This document shows positions 16,950-25,497 of a stretch of 64,000 nucleotides of DNA, piece after piece (positions within the stretch are counted from its first letter, which is position 1; every line of letters begins with the position of its first letter). Source of the DNA: an uncultured Gammaproteobacteria bacterium. GTDB taxonomy: Bacteria > Patescibacteriota > Microgenomatia > Daviesbacterales > UBA10151. Made by a program: the position numbers and the translations under genes. The stretch lies in assembly GCA_964394855.1 (NCBI GenBank), contig CAYMZD010000003.1, positions 22,607 to 86,606 of the forward strand. The letters are read 5' to 3'. The notes under the pieces were generated by a model that saw only the letters and a program-made list of their open reading frames with translations, ran no database searches and was not told where the DNA came from.

Positions 16950-18022
16950 ATTTTTTTAATAATTCGTTTGACAACCTCGTCTAATCTAACTGACTTTGCT
17001 CCTTTAACCAAACAAACATCTCCTTTTACCAACACCTTTAAAAGTTTAGACACCATTTGCGGATTTTGCAAATTAGCTTCCATCTTTTCTGTTAAAAAAC
17101 CTAGTCTTTTTAACTCATCAGCTATAATATTGGCTGCTCCTACTCCCAAAAAAACTAGATCTACTTTTTCTCTATATATTTTTTGAGCTATTTTTCTGTG
17201 TAAGATCTCTGTATCTATATTGTCATCTTTCATCTCTCCAAAACATAAAATCCGTCTTCTGACAGATAACTGCTGCAGCGTATCAATCGCACCTTCAACA
17301 GATAAATAGGTGCCCTCACCCAGATCATCCAAAACCACAGCACCATTAAATCCTGGTAAAACTTGCAGTTCATTTTCCTGTTGGGGAATTTTCTCCAGGT
17401 AATTCTTAATAGCAATCAGTGAAATTCCTTCGTTTAAAGCCAAGGCACTGGCTGCTAAAATTGAGTAAATATGATGTTCACCTAAAATAGGAAGTTTTAT
17501 TTTTACCCTCTCTACTCCATAATTAATTTCAAACGAGGAATTAAAATCCTCAATTTTTAGATTACTAAGCCAAACCTGGCAATTTTCACTATCCTGACCA
17601 AAATAAATAACTCTGGCTTTTGAGTTATCAGCTAATTTTCTCACTGCCAAATCATCATAATTTAAAATTACCAACCCATCATTTGATAATGTACTCGAAA
17701 TTCTATTTATTTCACTGATTATCTTCTTACCAGCTAAAGTCAAACTACTCACAATAATAACATTGGGAGTAATGTTCTCCCATGAATTATCCATATGGTC
17801 TTTCTTTTGATTTAAATCCAAGATTATTCTTCCCTTTTTAGGTCTTATAGCCCACAATTTAATTCCTGGTTTGGTAGTAATGACTGAATATTTTTTAGAC
17901 AGAATGTGCTGCAGCGTCAGTATGATAGTTTTGCTAAAATTACCGACCACACCAATAAAAACTTCTTGGGGAATAATTTTGATATATTGTTTGCCAATAA
18001 AAGATAAAAATGGAATTTCCAA
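16946..18022 (-). CDS. MurF-like Mur ligase with degenerate catalytic motifs
   Basis: Mur ligase scaffold (ILNYDD, LPILGEHH, VLDD, GEM, LVKGAK) in the murF position; P-loop and other motifs eroded. Confidence 0.8.
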   Translation of the reverse strand: MEIPFLSFIGKQYIKIIPQEVFIGVVGNFSKTIILTLQHILSKKYSVITTKPGIKLWAIRPKKGRIILDLNQKKDHMDNSWENITPNVIIVSSLTLAGKKIISEINRISSTLSNDGLVILNYDDLAVRKLADNSKARVIYFGQDSENCQVWLSNLKIEDFNSSFEINYGVERVKIKLPILGEHHIYSILAASALALNEGISLIAIKNYLEKIPQQENELQVLPGFNGAVVLDDLGEGTYLSVEGAIDTLQQLSVRRRILCFGEMKDDNIDTEILHRKIAQKIYREKVDLVFLGVGAANIIADELKRLGFLTEKMEANLQNPQMVSKLLKVLVKGDVCLVKGAKSVRLDEVVKRIIKKI

Positions 18023-18023
18023 A

Positions 18024-19283
18024 TTAAGCCTCTCTTTTTATATTAACACCCAATTTAGTAAGTTTTTCGACAACGTTTTCATAACCTCTTTCTATTAACT
18101 CTGCTTTGTGAATAGTGCTTTTTCCGGATGCCACCGCTGCCGCCAATACTAAAGCCATACCAGCCCTTATATCAGGACTTTCTAAATCGCGTCCTTTAAG
18201 TTTAGATGGACCATACACTAAAACTCGGTGGGGATCGGCAATAGTAATATCTGCCCCCATGGCAATTAACTTATCAACAAAAAACATTCTACTTTCATAT
18301 ATCCAGTCATGGCATAAAGTGATGCCTTTACTTTGAGTAGCCAAAACAATGGTAGGACTCATCATATCAGTGGGAAAACCAGGCCAAAGACCTGTTACAA
18401 TTTTCTTCGGGGAAGTGAGTTTTTGCCCAGAGAAAATAAATTTACCATCCTTAAATTCAGCCTTAAGGCCAAATCTCTTAAGAGGTTCTATAACAGGATC
18501 AGCATCTATCCCACTTGCGCCACTTACCACAACTTTTCCAGAAGTCATGGCTGCGGCAATAGCATAGACGCCCATTTCCAGATGATCCCCAGATAAGCAA
18601 AATTTCGTTCCAGACAGTTTTTTAACCCCCTCTATCATCAAGTTTGTTGTTCCCACCCCCGAAATATTTGCACCCATAGATATTAAAAGTCGGCACAAAT
18701 CAACAACATGCGGATCAGCAGCGCAGTTTCTGATATGGACTTTACCAGGATATAAAACAGAGGCTAAAATTAAATTTTCCGTACCAGTCACAGAAGTTAT
18801 GTTTTGGAAAATATGGCAAATTCTCTTTGACATGGATTTTTGGGGATAGCCAACAGTAAAATACAAATCGTCTTGAGTGATCTTTGCTCCAAGAGTAGCA
18901 AAACCATCAAGATGAACTTCAAAACTTCTTCTGCCAATGATATCTCCTCCGGGATAATGGAACTTGACCCTTCCAAGTCTTGACAGTAACGGCCCGACCA
19001 AAACAATTGAACCCCTTAGCTTTACTACCAAATCATCAGGCAGGCTTGATTTTAAATTGGCTGATTTTAAACTAACTGCTCCGTTTCTCCTTAAAACTTT
19101 TACCCCAATTTTTTCTAGAATTTGTAGCAAAATATCCGTGTCTTTAATCTCGGGGATATTTTCTAAAATAACCTCATCTTCTGTTAAAAGTGCTGCCGCC
19201 ATACAGGGAAAAATGGAATTTTTATTACCAGATATTGTTACTTTCCCCAGTAGGGAATTGCCACCTTCAATAATATATTTCAT
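18024..19283 (-). CDS. murA: UDP-GlcNAc 1-carboxyvinyltransferase MurA (Asp-type)
   Basis: GNKNS, PGGD.IG.R, SVTGTEN, PGFPTD, DIRAG, ERGYE. Confidence 0.95.
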   Translation of the reverse strand: MKYIIEGGNSLLGKVTISGNKNSIFPCMAAALLTEDEVILENIPEIKDTDILLQILEKIGVKVLRRNGAVSLKSANLKSSLPDDLVVKLRGSIVLVGPLLSRLGRVKFHYPGGDIIGRRSFEVHLDGFATLGAKITQDDLYFTVGYPQKSMSKRICHIFQNITSVTGTENLILASVLYPGKVHIRNCAADPHVVDLCRLLISMGANISGVGTTNLMIEGVKKLSGTKFCLSGDHLEMGVYAIAAAMTSGKVVVSGASGIDADPVIEPLKRFGLKAEFKDGKFIFSGQKLTSPKKIVTGLWPGFPTDMMSPTIVLATQSKGITLCHDWIYESRMFFVDKLIAMGADITIADPHRVLVYGPSKLKGRDLESPDIRAGMALVLAAAVASGKSTIHKAELIERGYENVVEKLTKLGVNIKREA

Positions 19284-19284
19284 G

Positions 19285-19863
19285 TTAAATTCTCGCCTTA
19301 AATCGAAATACAGCAGATAAAATCAAGTGCTTACTTAACTTAAGATCCTCGGGGGCGATCTGTTCAATTTCTCCATTTTCTAAGACTTTGATAGTTTTTA
19401 CTTTTGACTGAAGTAATTTATTTAAAAATAAATTCCCTCCAACCGTACCCGGAAGTCCCTTAATTTCATCAGTTTGTAAACCTTGCTTATTTAAAAATTC
19501 CCATAGCCTGTTAATACTTACTCCTGAATCAACCTCTATCAAAGCTTCATCAACTCCTAAAGATTTTTGAGCCACCTTACCTTTAATACCCACTATATTC
19601 ATGTGTTGAGTTCTGTTTTTAACCACCAGTCCATCAAAACCTTGATCAGCAATAACAATCTTACTGCCAGAACCTATCACCAAATAAGGAACAGTCAGTT
19701 GTTCTGCCATTTGGACAATTTTAGCAAGTTCATGAGTAGTAAAAGCCACGAAAAAAATTTTAGATGGACCACCCAAAGCTACTGTTGTATGGTTGGCCAG
19801 GGGTTCGTCCATTTTGAAACGATCCCTGCCAAATGAACTAATAAGTAAGTTTAGTTTATCCAT
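19285..19863 (-). CDS. Truncated MurB-like protein (FAD-binding domain only)
   Basis: EPLANHTT..LGGP, IGSGS and GLPGTVGG are present; the protein ends at 192 aa without the C-terminal domain. Confidence 0.8.
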   Translation of the reverse strand: MDKLNLLISSFGRDRFKMDEPLANHTTVALGGPSKIFFVAFTTHELAKIVQMAEQLTVPYLVIGSGSKIVIADQGFDGLVVKNRTQHMNIVGIKGKVAQKSLGVDEALIEVDSGVSINRLWEFLNKQGLQTDEIKGLPGTVGGNLFLNKLLQSKVKTIKVLENGEIEQIAPEDLKLSKHLILSAVFRFKARI

Positions 19864-21070
19864 TCTTCAACGCATCCTCACAAGCTTTTCTATCAGACCA
19901 AGGCAACTCTTTCTTGCCATCTAAATTAATAGACTTTTCATGACCTTTACCAAAAATTCCCACCGTATCACCCTTTTTAGCTAAAATATTAATGGCAAAA
20001 TCAATGGCTTTTTTTCTATCATCAATTATATAAAAATTCACCCCCTCTTTGGCTCCGGCTTTTTTTGCCCCTTTTTTAATTTGCTGGTTGATAGCTTTAA
20101 GTTCTCCTCTTGGATCAACAGCGGTCAGAATTACCATATCAGAAAGTTGCTGGGCTATTTTTCCCATCATCCACCGCTTTTTAATATCCCTCTGGCCTTC
20201 TGCCCCGGTAATGGTAATCAGCTTCCCTGATGGAGTTTGTGTTCGCAGGGCCATAAGAGCTTTTTCTAAACCATTAGGTGTGTGAGCGAAATCAATGATA
20301 ATCCTTAAACCATTATTATTTTTTACCCCTTCCATTCTACCTGTTAACCCTTTAAATTGCAGCAGGGATTTGACTACCCGTCTTTGATCAACCCCCAAAT
20401 AAGTAGTGGTTGCCAAAGCAGCTAGGGCATTTTCAATATTGTAATCTCCTGGTACTTGTAACTTAATCCTTAAATCTTGTTGATTAACATCACCTCTTTC
20501 TAACCCAAAGGTAATTATCTTAGCCAATAACTTACCCGATCGTTTAACATATTGGTTAAGGTTGCAATTGATAATGGCTACCCTTACACCCTTCAATAGT
20601 TTTAATTTAGTTTTGATGTAACTGGTTTTGGTCCGATGATAATCTAGGTGTTCATGAGTAATATTGGTAATCACTCCCACCTTAAATTTCACCCCCCAAA
20701 ACCTGAATTGATCCAAGCCGTGAGAGGTTACTTCCAAAATTAAATATTCATCTCCATGATCTAATGCTTGCTTGGTCAATTTCTGTACCACAAAAGGATC
20801 AGGAGAGGTCACATGAAAGCCTGTATCGTAGGATTTTCCAGCAATTTCCGCATTGATAGTTGAAACTAGAGAAACCTTTTTACCAGCATCCTTTAAAATC
20901 TGGTAAATCATATTAACTGTAGTAGTTTTACCATCTGTACCGGTCACCCCGATTACTGCTAAATCTTTTGACGGGAAGCCATAAAAAATATTGGCCAAAA
21001 AGGCCTTGGGCAAATGCCAAAAATAATTTATCATCCATTGAGATAAAAACCGCCTTAATAATTTTTTCAT
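19856..21070 (-). CDS. murE: MurE UDP-MurNAc-tripeptide ligase (no N-terminal domain)
   Basis: GVTGTDGKTTT, EVTSHGLDQ, HEHLDYH, GRME, DFAHTP, DPR, GKGHE. Confidence 0.92.
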   Translation of the reverse strand: MKKLLRRFLSQWMINYFWHLPKAFLANIFYGFPSKDLAVIGVTGTDGKTTTVNMIYQILKDAGKKVSLVSTINAEIAGKSYDTGFHVTSPDPFVVQKLTKQALDHGDEYLILEVTSHGLDQFRFWGVKFKVGVITNITHEHLDYHRTKTSYIKTKLKLLKGVRVAIINCNLNQYVKRSGKLLAKIITFGLERGDVNQQDLRIKLQVPGDYNIENALAALATTTYLGVDQRRVVKSLLQFKGLTGRMEGVKNNNGLRIIIDFAHTPNGLEKALMALRTQTPSGKLITITGAEGQRDIKKRWMMGKIAQQLSDMVILTAVDPRGELKAINQQIKKGAKKAGAKEGVNFYIIDDRKKAIDFAINILAKKGDTVGIFGKGHEKSINLDGKKELPWSDRKACEDALKNG

Positions 21071-21084
21071 TGAAGCTAATTATA

Positions 21085-22788
21085 TCATTGTGCCTCTGTT
21101 GGAGCTATTCTGTAATAAGTAAAAAGCTCTTTGGCTATTTCAAAAAAGGTGGGAGCGGCTGTTTCTGAACCAAAGATTGAAACCGAGGGTTGGTTATAAA
21201 GCACTAAGATGACAAACTTGGGACTATCGGCCGGGGCAAATCCCACAAATGAGGCGATGGTTTTATTGGGATCATAATGACCAGCCACGGGAATTTGGGC
21301 AGTCCCAGTTTTACCAGCAATCTTAAAACCTTTTGGCTTGGCCCATTTAGCCTCACCCTCATCCACAGCCTTTACCATCATCTCTGTTAAAACTTTAGCA
21401 GCTTCTTCGCTGATAACTCTTCTGATAAATTTGGGCTTAATTTCAAATCTTTTATTGTCATCTTCTATGGCTTTTACTACTTGAGGTTGCATCAAATTCC
21501 CACCACTAGCTAGTGAAGCCACTGCAGCCACCATTTGAATGGGAGTAACTGCAATTCCTTGACCAAATGAGCTTGTAGCCAAATCTATCTCTCTCCAGCT
21601 TTCTTTAGATCGAAGATTTGGTGAAAACTCATCTTGTAAATCAATACCTGTTTCTTGACCAAATCCAAAATCTACCAGATAAGAATAAAGTTTATCCAAT
21701 CCTAACTTTCTTGATACAAAAACCATACCGGTATTATCAGAATGTATGATAGTTTCCTCCATGGTAGTTTCTGGATAATACTTATTATTCCAAGTTCTAA
21801 TAGTAAAACCACCAATTTGTACCGCTTCAGCGCAACTATCACATTTTGTATCTGGCTTGATAATATGTTCGTTTAAGGCAGCCGCCATCACCAAAACCTT
21901 AAAAATGGAACCAGGCTCAAAACTATCAGCCACAATGGAATTTTTATAATATTCCTTGGCAAACTGGCTGAAATTAGCTGGATCATAATTAGGATAGGTA
22001 GCCAAAGCCAACACAGCTCCTGTTTTAGGATCTAAAACCACAGCCGAAGCACCTTTAGCCTCATACTTTTCAAATCCTTTTCTTAAAGCCTTCTCTACAA
22101 TATATTGCACAGCTCTATCAATATTTAGTATTAAATTTTTACCATCTTTGCCAAAATTGCCAAATGATTGACCAATTAAAATAGGCAGCCCAGCTGCATC
22201 TTTTTCCTGTCTGATGTTACCTGCCATGCCCTTGAGTTCTCCGTTATAAAAACCTTCTAAACCAAAATATCCCGTATCTTCACCTTTGGAGTTACTGGCC
22301 ACAAATCCCAGCAAATGGGCCGCACTGGAGCCTTCTGGGTAAAAACGACTATTTTCTTTTTCAAAGCCTAATCCTTTTATTTTAAGGCTCTCTATTTTCT
22401 TTTTTATTTCCAGCTCAACATTTCTTTGAAGAACCACCCAATATAAATCCTCTGACAATTTATCTTTAAGCTCTCTGCTCAAGCTTAATTCTTCTTCTTC
22501 TTCTTCTGTCAAGATTTTAGCTAATTTTGTGGCCACATTAGATTTATCCTCCTCTTTAAATAATTTTGGTAAACCATAAAGAAGGTATGTCGGCTTTGAA
22601 GAAACTAAAATGAAATTATCTGAAAATAAAATATCGCCTCTTTTGGCTTGAGTTTTTAAATCTTGAAAATGTTGGTTTTCAGCTTTGGCAGACAGTTCAT
22701 CTGCCATAACTACCTGCCAGTAAAAAAGGCGCGCTAAAACAGTTAAAAAGAGTAGAATCAGGAAAATCCTAGTAAATTTAATACGCAT
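21085..22788 (-). CDS. ftsI: Class B penicillin-binding protein (FtsI-like)
   Basis: RGDI, RFYP, GLEG, SxxK (GSIFK), SxN (SDN) and KTGTAQ. Confidence 0.92.
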   Translation of the reverse strand: MRIKFTRIFLILLFLTVLARLFYWQVVMADELSAKAENQHFQDLKTQAKRGDILFSDNFILVSSKPTYLLYGLPKLFKEEDKSNVATKLAKILTEEEEEELSLSRELKDKLSEDLYWVVLQRNVELEIKKKIESLKIKGLGFEKENSRFYPEGSSAAHLLGFVASNSKGEDTGYFGLEGFYNGELKGMAGNIRQEKDAAGLPILIGQSFGNFGKDGKNLILNIDRAVQYIVEKALRKGFEKYEAKGASAVVLDPKTGAVLALATYPNYDPANFSQFAKEYYKNSIVADSFEPGSIFKVLVMAAALNEHIIKPDTKCDSCAEAVQIGGFTIRTWNNKYYPETTMEETIIHSDNTGMVFVSRKLGLDKLYSYLVDFGFGQETGIDLQDEFSPNLRSKESWREIDLATSSFGQGIAVTPIQMVAAVASLASGGNLMQPQVVKAIEDDNKRFEIKPKFIRRVISEEAAKVLTEMMVKAVDEGEAKWAKPKGFKIAGKTGTAQIPVAGHYDPNKTIASFVGFAPADSPKFVILVLYNQPSVSIFGSETAAPTFFEIAKELFTYYRIAPTEAQ

Positions 22789-23051
22789 TAACGAATATAT
22801 TGTATGATTTTGGGAGCAGTAAATCCAATATCAGCAGATTGGCTAGCTATTCTGGTAATGGCAGCGGCAGAAGCTATCTCATTTTCTAACAGCTGATTCT
22901 CCAAATTTAAGTTTTGTCGGAGATTTTCTATATCATTCATCTGTTCTCCCAAACTCACTGTAGTGTGAGAAACCCAGATTTCTATTACCACCAGTACCAA
23001 TAAAAAAAAGCTGATAAAAATTATTATTTTTTTGCTTCCCCAAATGCTCAT
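22788..23051 (-). CDS. FtsL-like small membrane protein
   Basis: TM followed by a leucine coiled coil; lies between rsmH and ftsI. Confidence 0.7.
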   Translation of the reverse strand: MSIWGSKKIIIFISFFLLVLVVIEIWVSHTTVSLGEQMNDIENLRQNLNLENQLLENEIASAAAITRIASQSADIGFTAPKIIQYIR

Positions 23052-23917
23052 ATCTTGGCAAAAATTCTTAATTTGGCCGATCTTGACCCTTGATTGGCCA
23101 CCATCTCCTTTGTAGAAGGAGTGATCGGCTTTTTGGTTAAAATCTCTCCTAGCTTAAGATCTTGCCAAGATTTAAATTGCTTTTTAACTATTCTATCTTC
23201 CAGAGAATGAAAACTAATGACCACTAGCTTACCACTTGTTTTTAACAAATCAAGTGCTTGCGGCAGCGCTTCTTCCAGCGCATTTAGTTCATCATTAACA
23301 GCAATACGCAGAGCTTGAAACACTTTAGTAGCTGGATGGATTTTTCCATGCCTACCTTTAATCCTTTCTACGATACTGGCTAACTCTGTAGTTTTGTGTA
23401 TTGGTTTCACCGAACGGGCGAGAACCACAGCAGCAGAAATGGCTTTAGCAAATCCTTCTTCACCCAGTTTAGTAAATAGTTCATATAACTCTCCTTTATT
23501 TAAACCATTAACAAGATCCATTGCTTTGACTGGTAATTTCAAATCCATCCTCATATCTAATGGTCCATTTTTAGAAAAGGAAAAACCTCTTTTGGAACTG
23601 TCCAGTTGCCAAGTTGATACTCCCAAGTCAAATAAAATACCAGCAAATTTTTTGTTGACTAATTTTTTCAGGTTTCTAAAGTTCCCTGCTACTTGTTTAA
23701 ACCTCTGACCCCCAAGTCTTAACTTTCTAAATCTGGTGCTAGTTCTTGCTACCGCCTCCAGGTCTATATCTAAACCAATAACGTTTCCTTTACTCTTTAA
23801 GATTTCCAGTGAGTGGCCGCCATCTCCCAAAGTAGCATCCAAATACCACCTACCAGGTTTTATATCTAGAGCTTGCACGACCTCTTTCAGAAGAACGGGC
23901 TTATGATAATCTACCAT
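23048..23917 (-). CDS. rsmH: 16S rRNA m4C1402 methyltransferase RsmH (MraW)
   Basis: HKPVLL, DATLGDGGHS, DLGVS, PLDMRM, FQALRIAVN, SFHSLEDR. Start moved to 23917. Confidence 0.96.
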   Translation of the reverse strand: MVDYHKPVLLKEVVQALDIKPGRWYLDATLGDGGHSLEILKSKGNVIGLDIDLEAVARTSTRFRKLRLGGQRFKQVAGNFRNLKKLVNKKFAGILFDLGVSTWQLDSSKRGFSFSKNGPLDMRMDLKLPVKAMDLVNGLNKGELYELFTKLGEEGFAKAISAAVVLARSVKPIHKTTELASIVERIKGRHGKIHPATKVFQALRIAVNDELNALEEALPQALDLLKTSGKLVVISFHSLEDRIVKKQFKSWQDLKLGEILTKKPITPSTKEMVANQGSRSAKLRIFAKI

Positions 23918-24311
23918 ACCTTTGTTTGATTTTAGCAAGTTCTCTACCCCATAATCTAGCGTCCCAGATTTCAAAATGATCACCAGCGCCTACTATGACC
24001 GCTTCTTTCTTCACCCGCGCGAAAGTCAGCAGGGCCGACGGAACCACAAACCTACCTTGAGTGTCTAACTCCACTGACTCGCTACCTGAAAACAAATATC
24101 TTCTTAAATTTCTGGCCCGTTCTTCTGTGGCAGAAACCTCTATTTGCTTTTTGGCTAATTCCTCAAAACCCTCTTTACTAAAACCCCAGATACAACCCTC
24201 AAAACCACGACTTAGGACAATCTCTTTACCAGCTAGCTCATCTCTTAACTTCCTGGGTAGAATTAACCTTCCCTTACCTGTAAAATTGGTGTAATATTCG
24301 CCCAAAAACAT
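23901..24311 (-). CDS. mraZ: Transcriptional regulator MraZ
   Basis: MFLGEY, KGRLILP, LDTQGRF, GAGDHFEIW. Confidence 0.95.
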   Translation of the reverse strand: MFLGEYYTNFTGKGRLILPRKLRDELAGKEIVLSRGFEGCIWGFSKEGFEELAKKQIEVSATEERARNLRRYLFSGSESVELDTQGRFVVPSALLTFARVKKEAVIVGAGDHFEIWDARLWGRELAKIKQRYGRLS

Positions 24312-24340
24312 GAAGGACATCCTTCCTGATTGGGCAGATT

Positions 24341-24394
24341 CACCTTAAATCACCATCTATAACCATTTTGAACCATACTAAAGCTACTTGTCAA
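24341..24394 (-). promoter_or_regulatory. dcw promoter with four 10-bp-periodic putative MraZ boxes
   Basis: Minus strand ATGGTT-N4-ATGGTT-N4-ATGGTG-N4-AAGGTG; TTGACA at 24394-24389. Confidence 0.7.
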
Positions 24395-24403
24395 GCCCCC
24401 ATT

Positions 24404-25252
24404 TTAAGGATTAGAAAGAGTTAACACTGCAAAAATTCCTGATCCATCAGTAGAACCGGAAAGTTTTCCTTCTTCCCCTTTTGATTCCATTTCCAGCCAT
24501 TTGTTATCTTTTTCCGAAAATCTGGCTAGTTTAGCATCAGCTGGGGGATTTTCAGCCAGTTCAATACTCACTTGTCCACCCTTTAACTCCTTAGCCAAAG
24601 GTACATTTAAACTATAAACTTTACCCAAAACCTCCCTACCTTCTGGTAGTTTAGGTAGACCTGTTAAATCATTAATAATGGTGTATCCAGTTAACGCCAA
24701 TTCCGATCTATCAGCTTTGACAAAGTATTTAAAGTGGCCATCGCCCGAACTTAAAACTCCCAAAGCTACATCTGGCCGCTGCAAATGCCATTGAGTGATC
24801 ATTTTCAAAGCCCTGGCACCTTTTTTAATATGTAAAGTTAATGTACCATTTTCCACATCCTTATCATATTTACACACATTTTTAGAGCAGGTCCCCAAAA
24901 GTATTTCTTGTTCATATTCTCCCTTTTTTACCTTAGTATCAATGCTTCCCACCACTCCACGATCAATTCCTTCTGCATTATAAGCCAGCTCATAGGAAAT
25001 GGTATCATAAGAAGAAGTACGCTTTAAGCTTAGAATCAAAGCATTGCCATCACGGCGAGGAATAAGTACCGCATAAGGTCCTTCTGCATCAAAAGAAATT
25101 TCATTTTCTTCTACAACTTGACTGGAAGAACCACTAAATTTTTGAAAAAAAGAAAATCCACCAAAGAAAATTAATAAAACTGCCAATAATAAGCTTAAAG
25201 TAATTTTGTTTTTAGCATAAATATTTAATAATCTGGGCAGAAAATTATTCAC
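24404..25252 (-). CDS. Hypothetical membrane-anchored extracytoplasmic protein
   Basis: Long ORF with one N-terminal TM and a C-x4-C motif (GTCSKNVCKYD). The GTG start overlaps the upstream TGA; alternative ATG at 25279. Confidence 0.8.
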   Translation of the reverse strand: MNNFLPRLLNIYAKNKITLSLLLAVLLIFFGGFSFFQKFSGSSSQVVEENEISFDAEGPYAVLIPRRDGNALILSLKRTSSYDTISYELAYNAEGIDRGVVGSIDTKVKKGEYEQEILLGTCSKNVCKYDKDVENGTLTLHIKKGARALKMITQWHLQRPDVALGVLSSGDGHFKYFVKADRSELALTGYTIINDLTGLPKLPEGREVLGKVYSLNVPLAKELKGGQVSIELAENPPADAKLARFSEKDNKWLEMESKGEEGKLSGSTDGSGIFAVLTLSNP

Positions 25253-25497
25253 TTTGTGCTTTTGCCCATGGTGGGCCAATGAATTTCAAAATCTTCTGCT
25301 TTACGAGGTATGGGCATAGTTGGCTCTTGCCCATCAATTGATACACGGGACACTGGTGCCTTAGAAAGTGCCACTCTTCTTGCTACAGCATTCCAGACTG
25401 CTCTTTCCAAATCTTCCCCTGGACCTGGGCGAACTCTTTCTGCATATTCAAACCCCCTCCCACTGATAAAAGCCTCCGACTGATCCTTTTCCGGCAC
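25249..25497 (-). CDS. Small hypothetical protein (82 aa)
   Basis: GTG directly after the glyQS stop; its TGA overlaps the next GTG, so it fills the gap exactly. Confidence 0.6.
   Translation of the reverse strand: MPEKDQSEAFISGRGFEYAERVRPGPGEDLERAVWNAVARRVALSKAPVSRVSIDGQEPTMPIPRKAEDFEIHWPTMGKSTK

Noticed and set aside
22489-22506. (TTC)n trinucleotide run in ftsI
   Set aside because: It encodes an in-frame poly-Glu stretch, so length change would not shift the frame; no evidence for phase variation.
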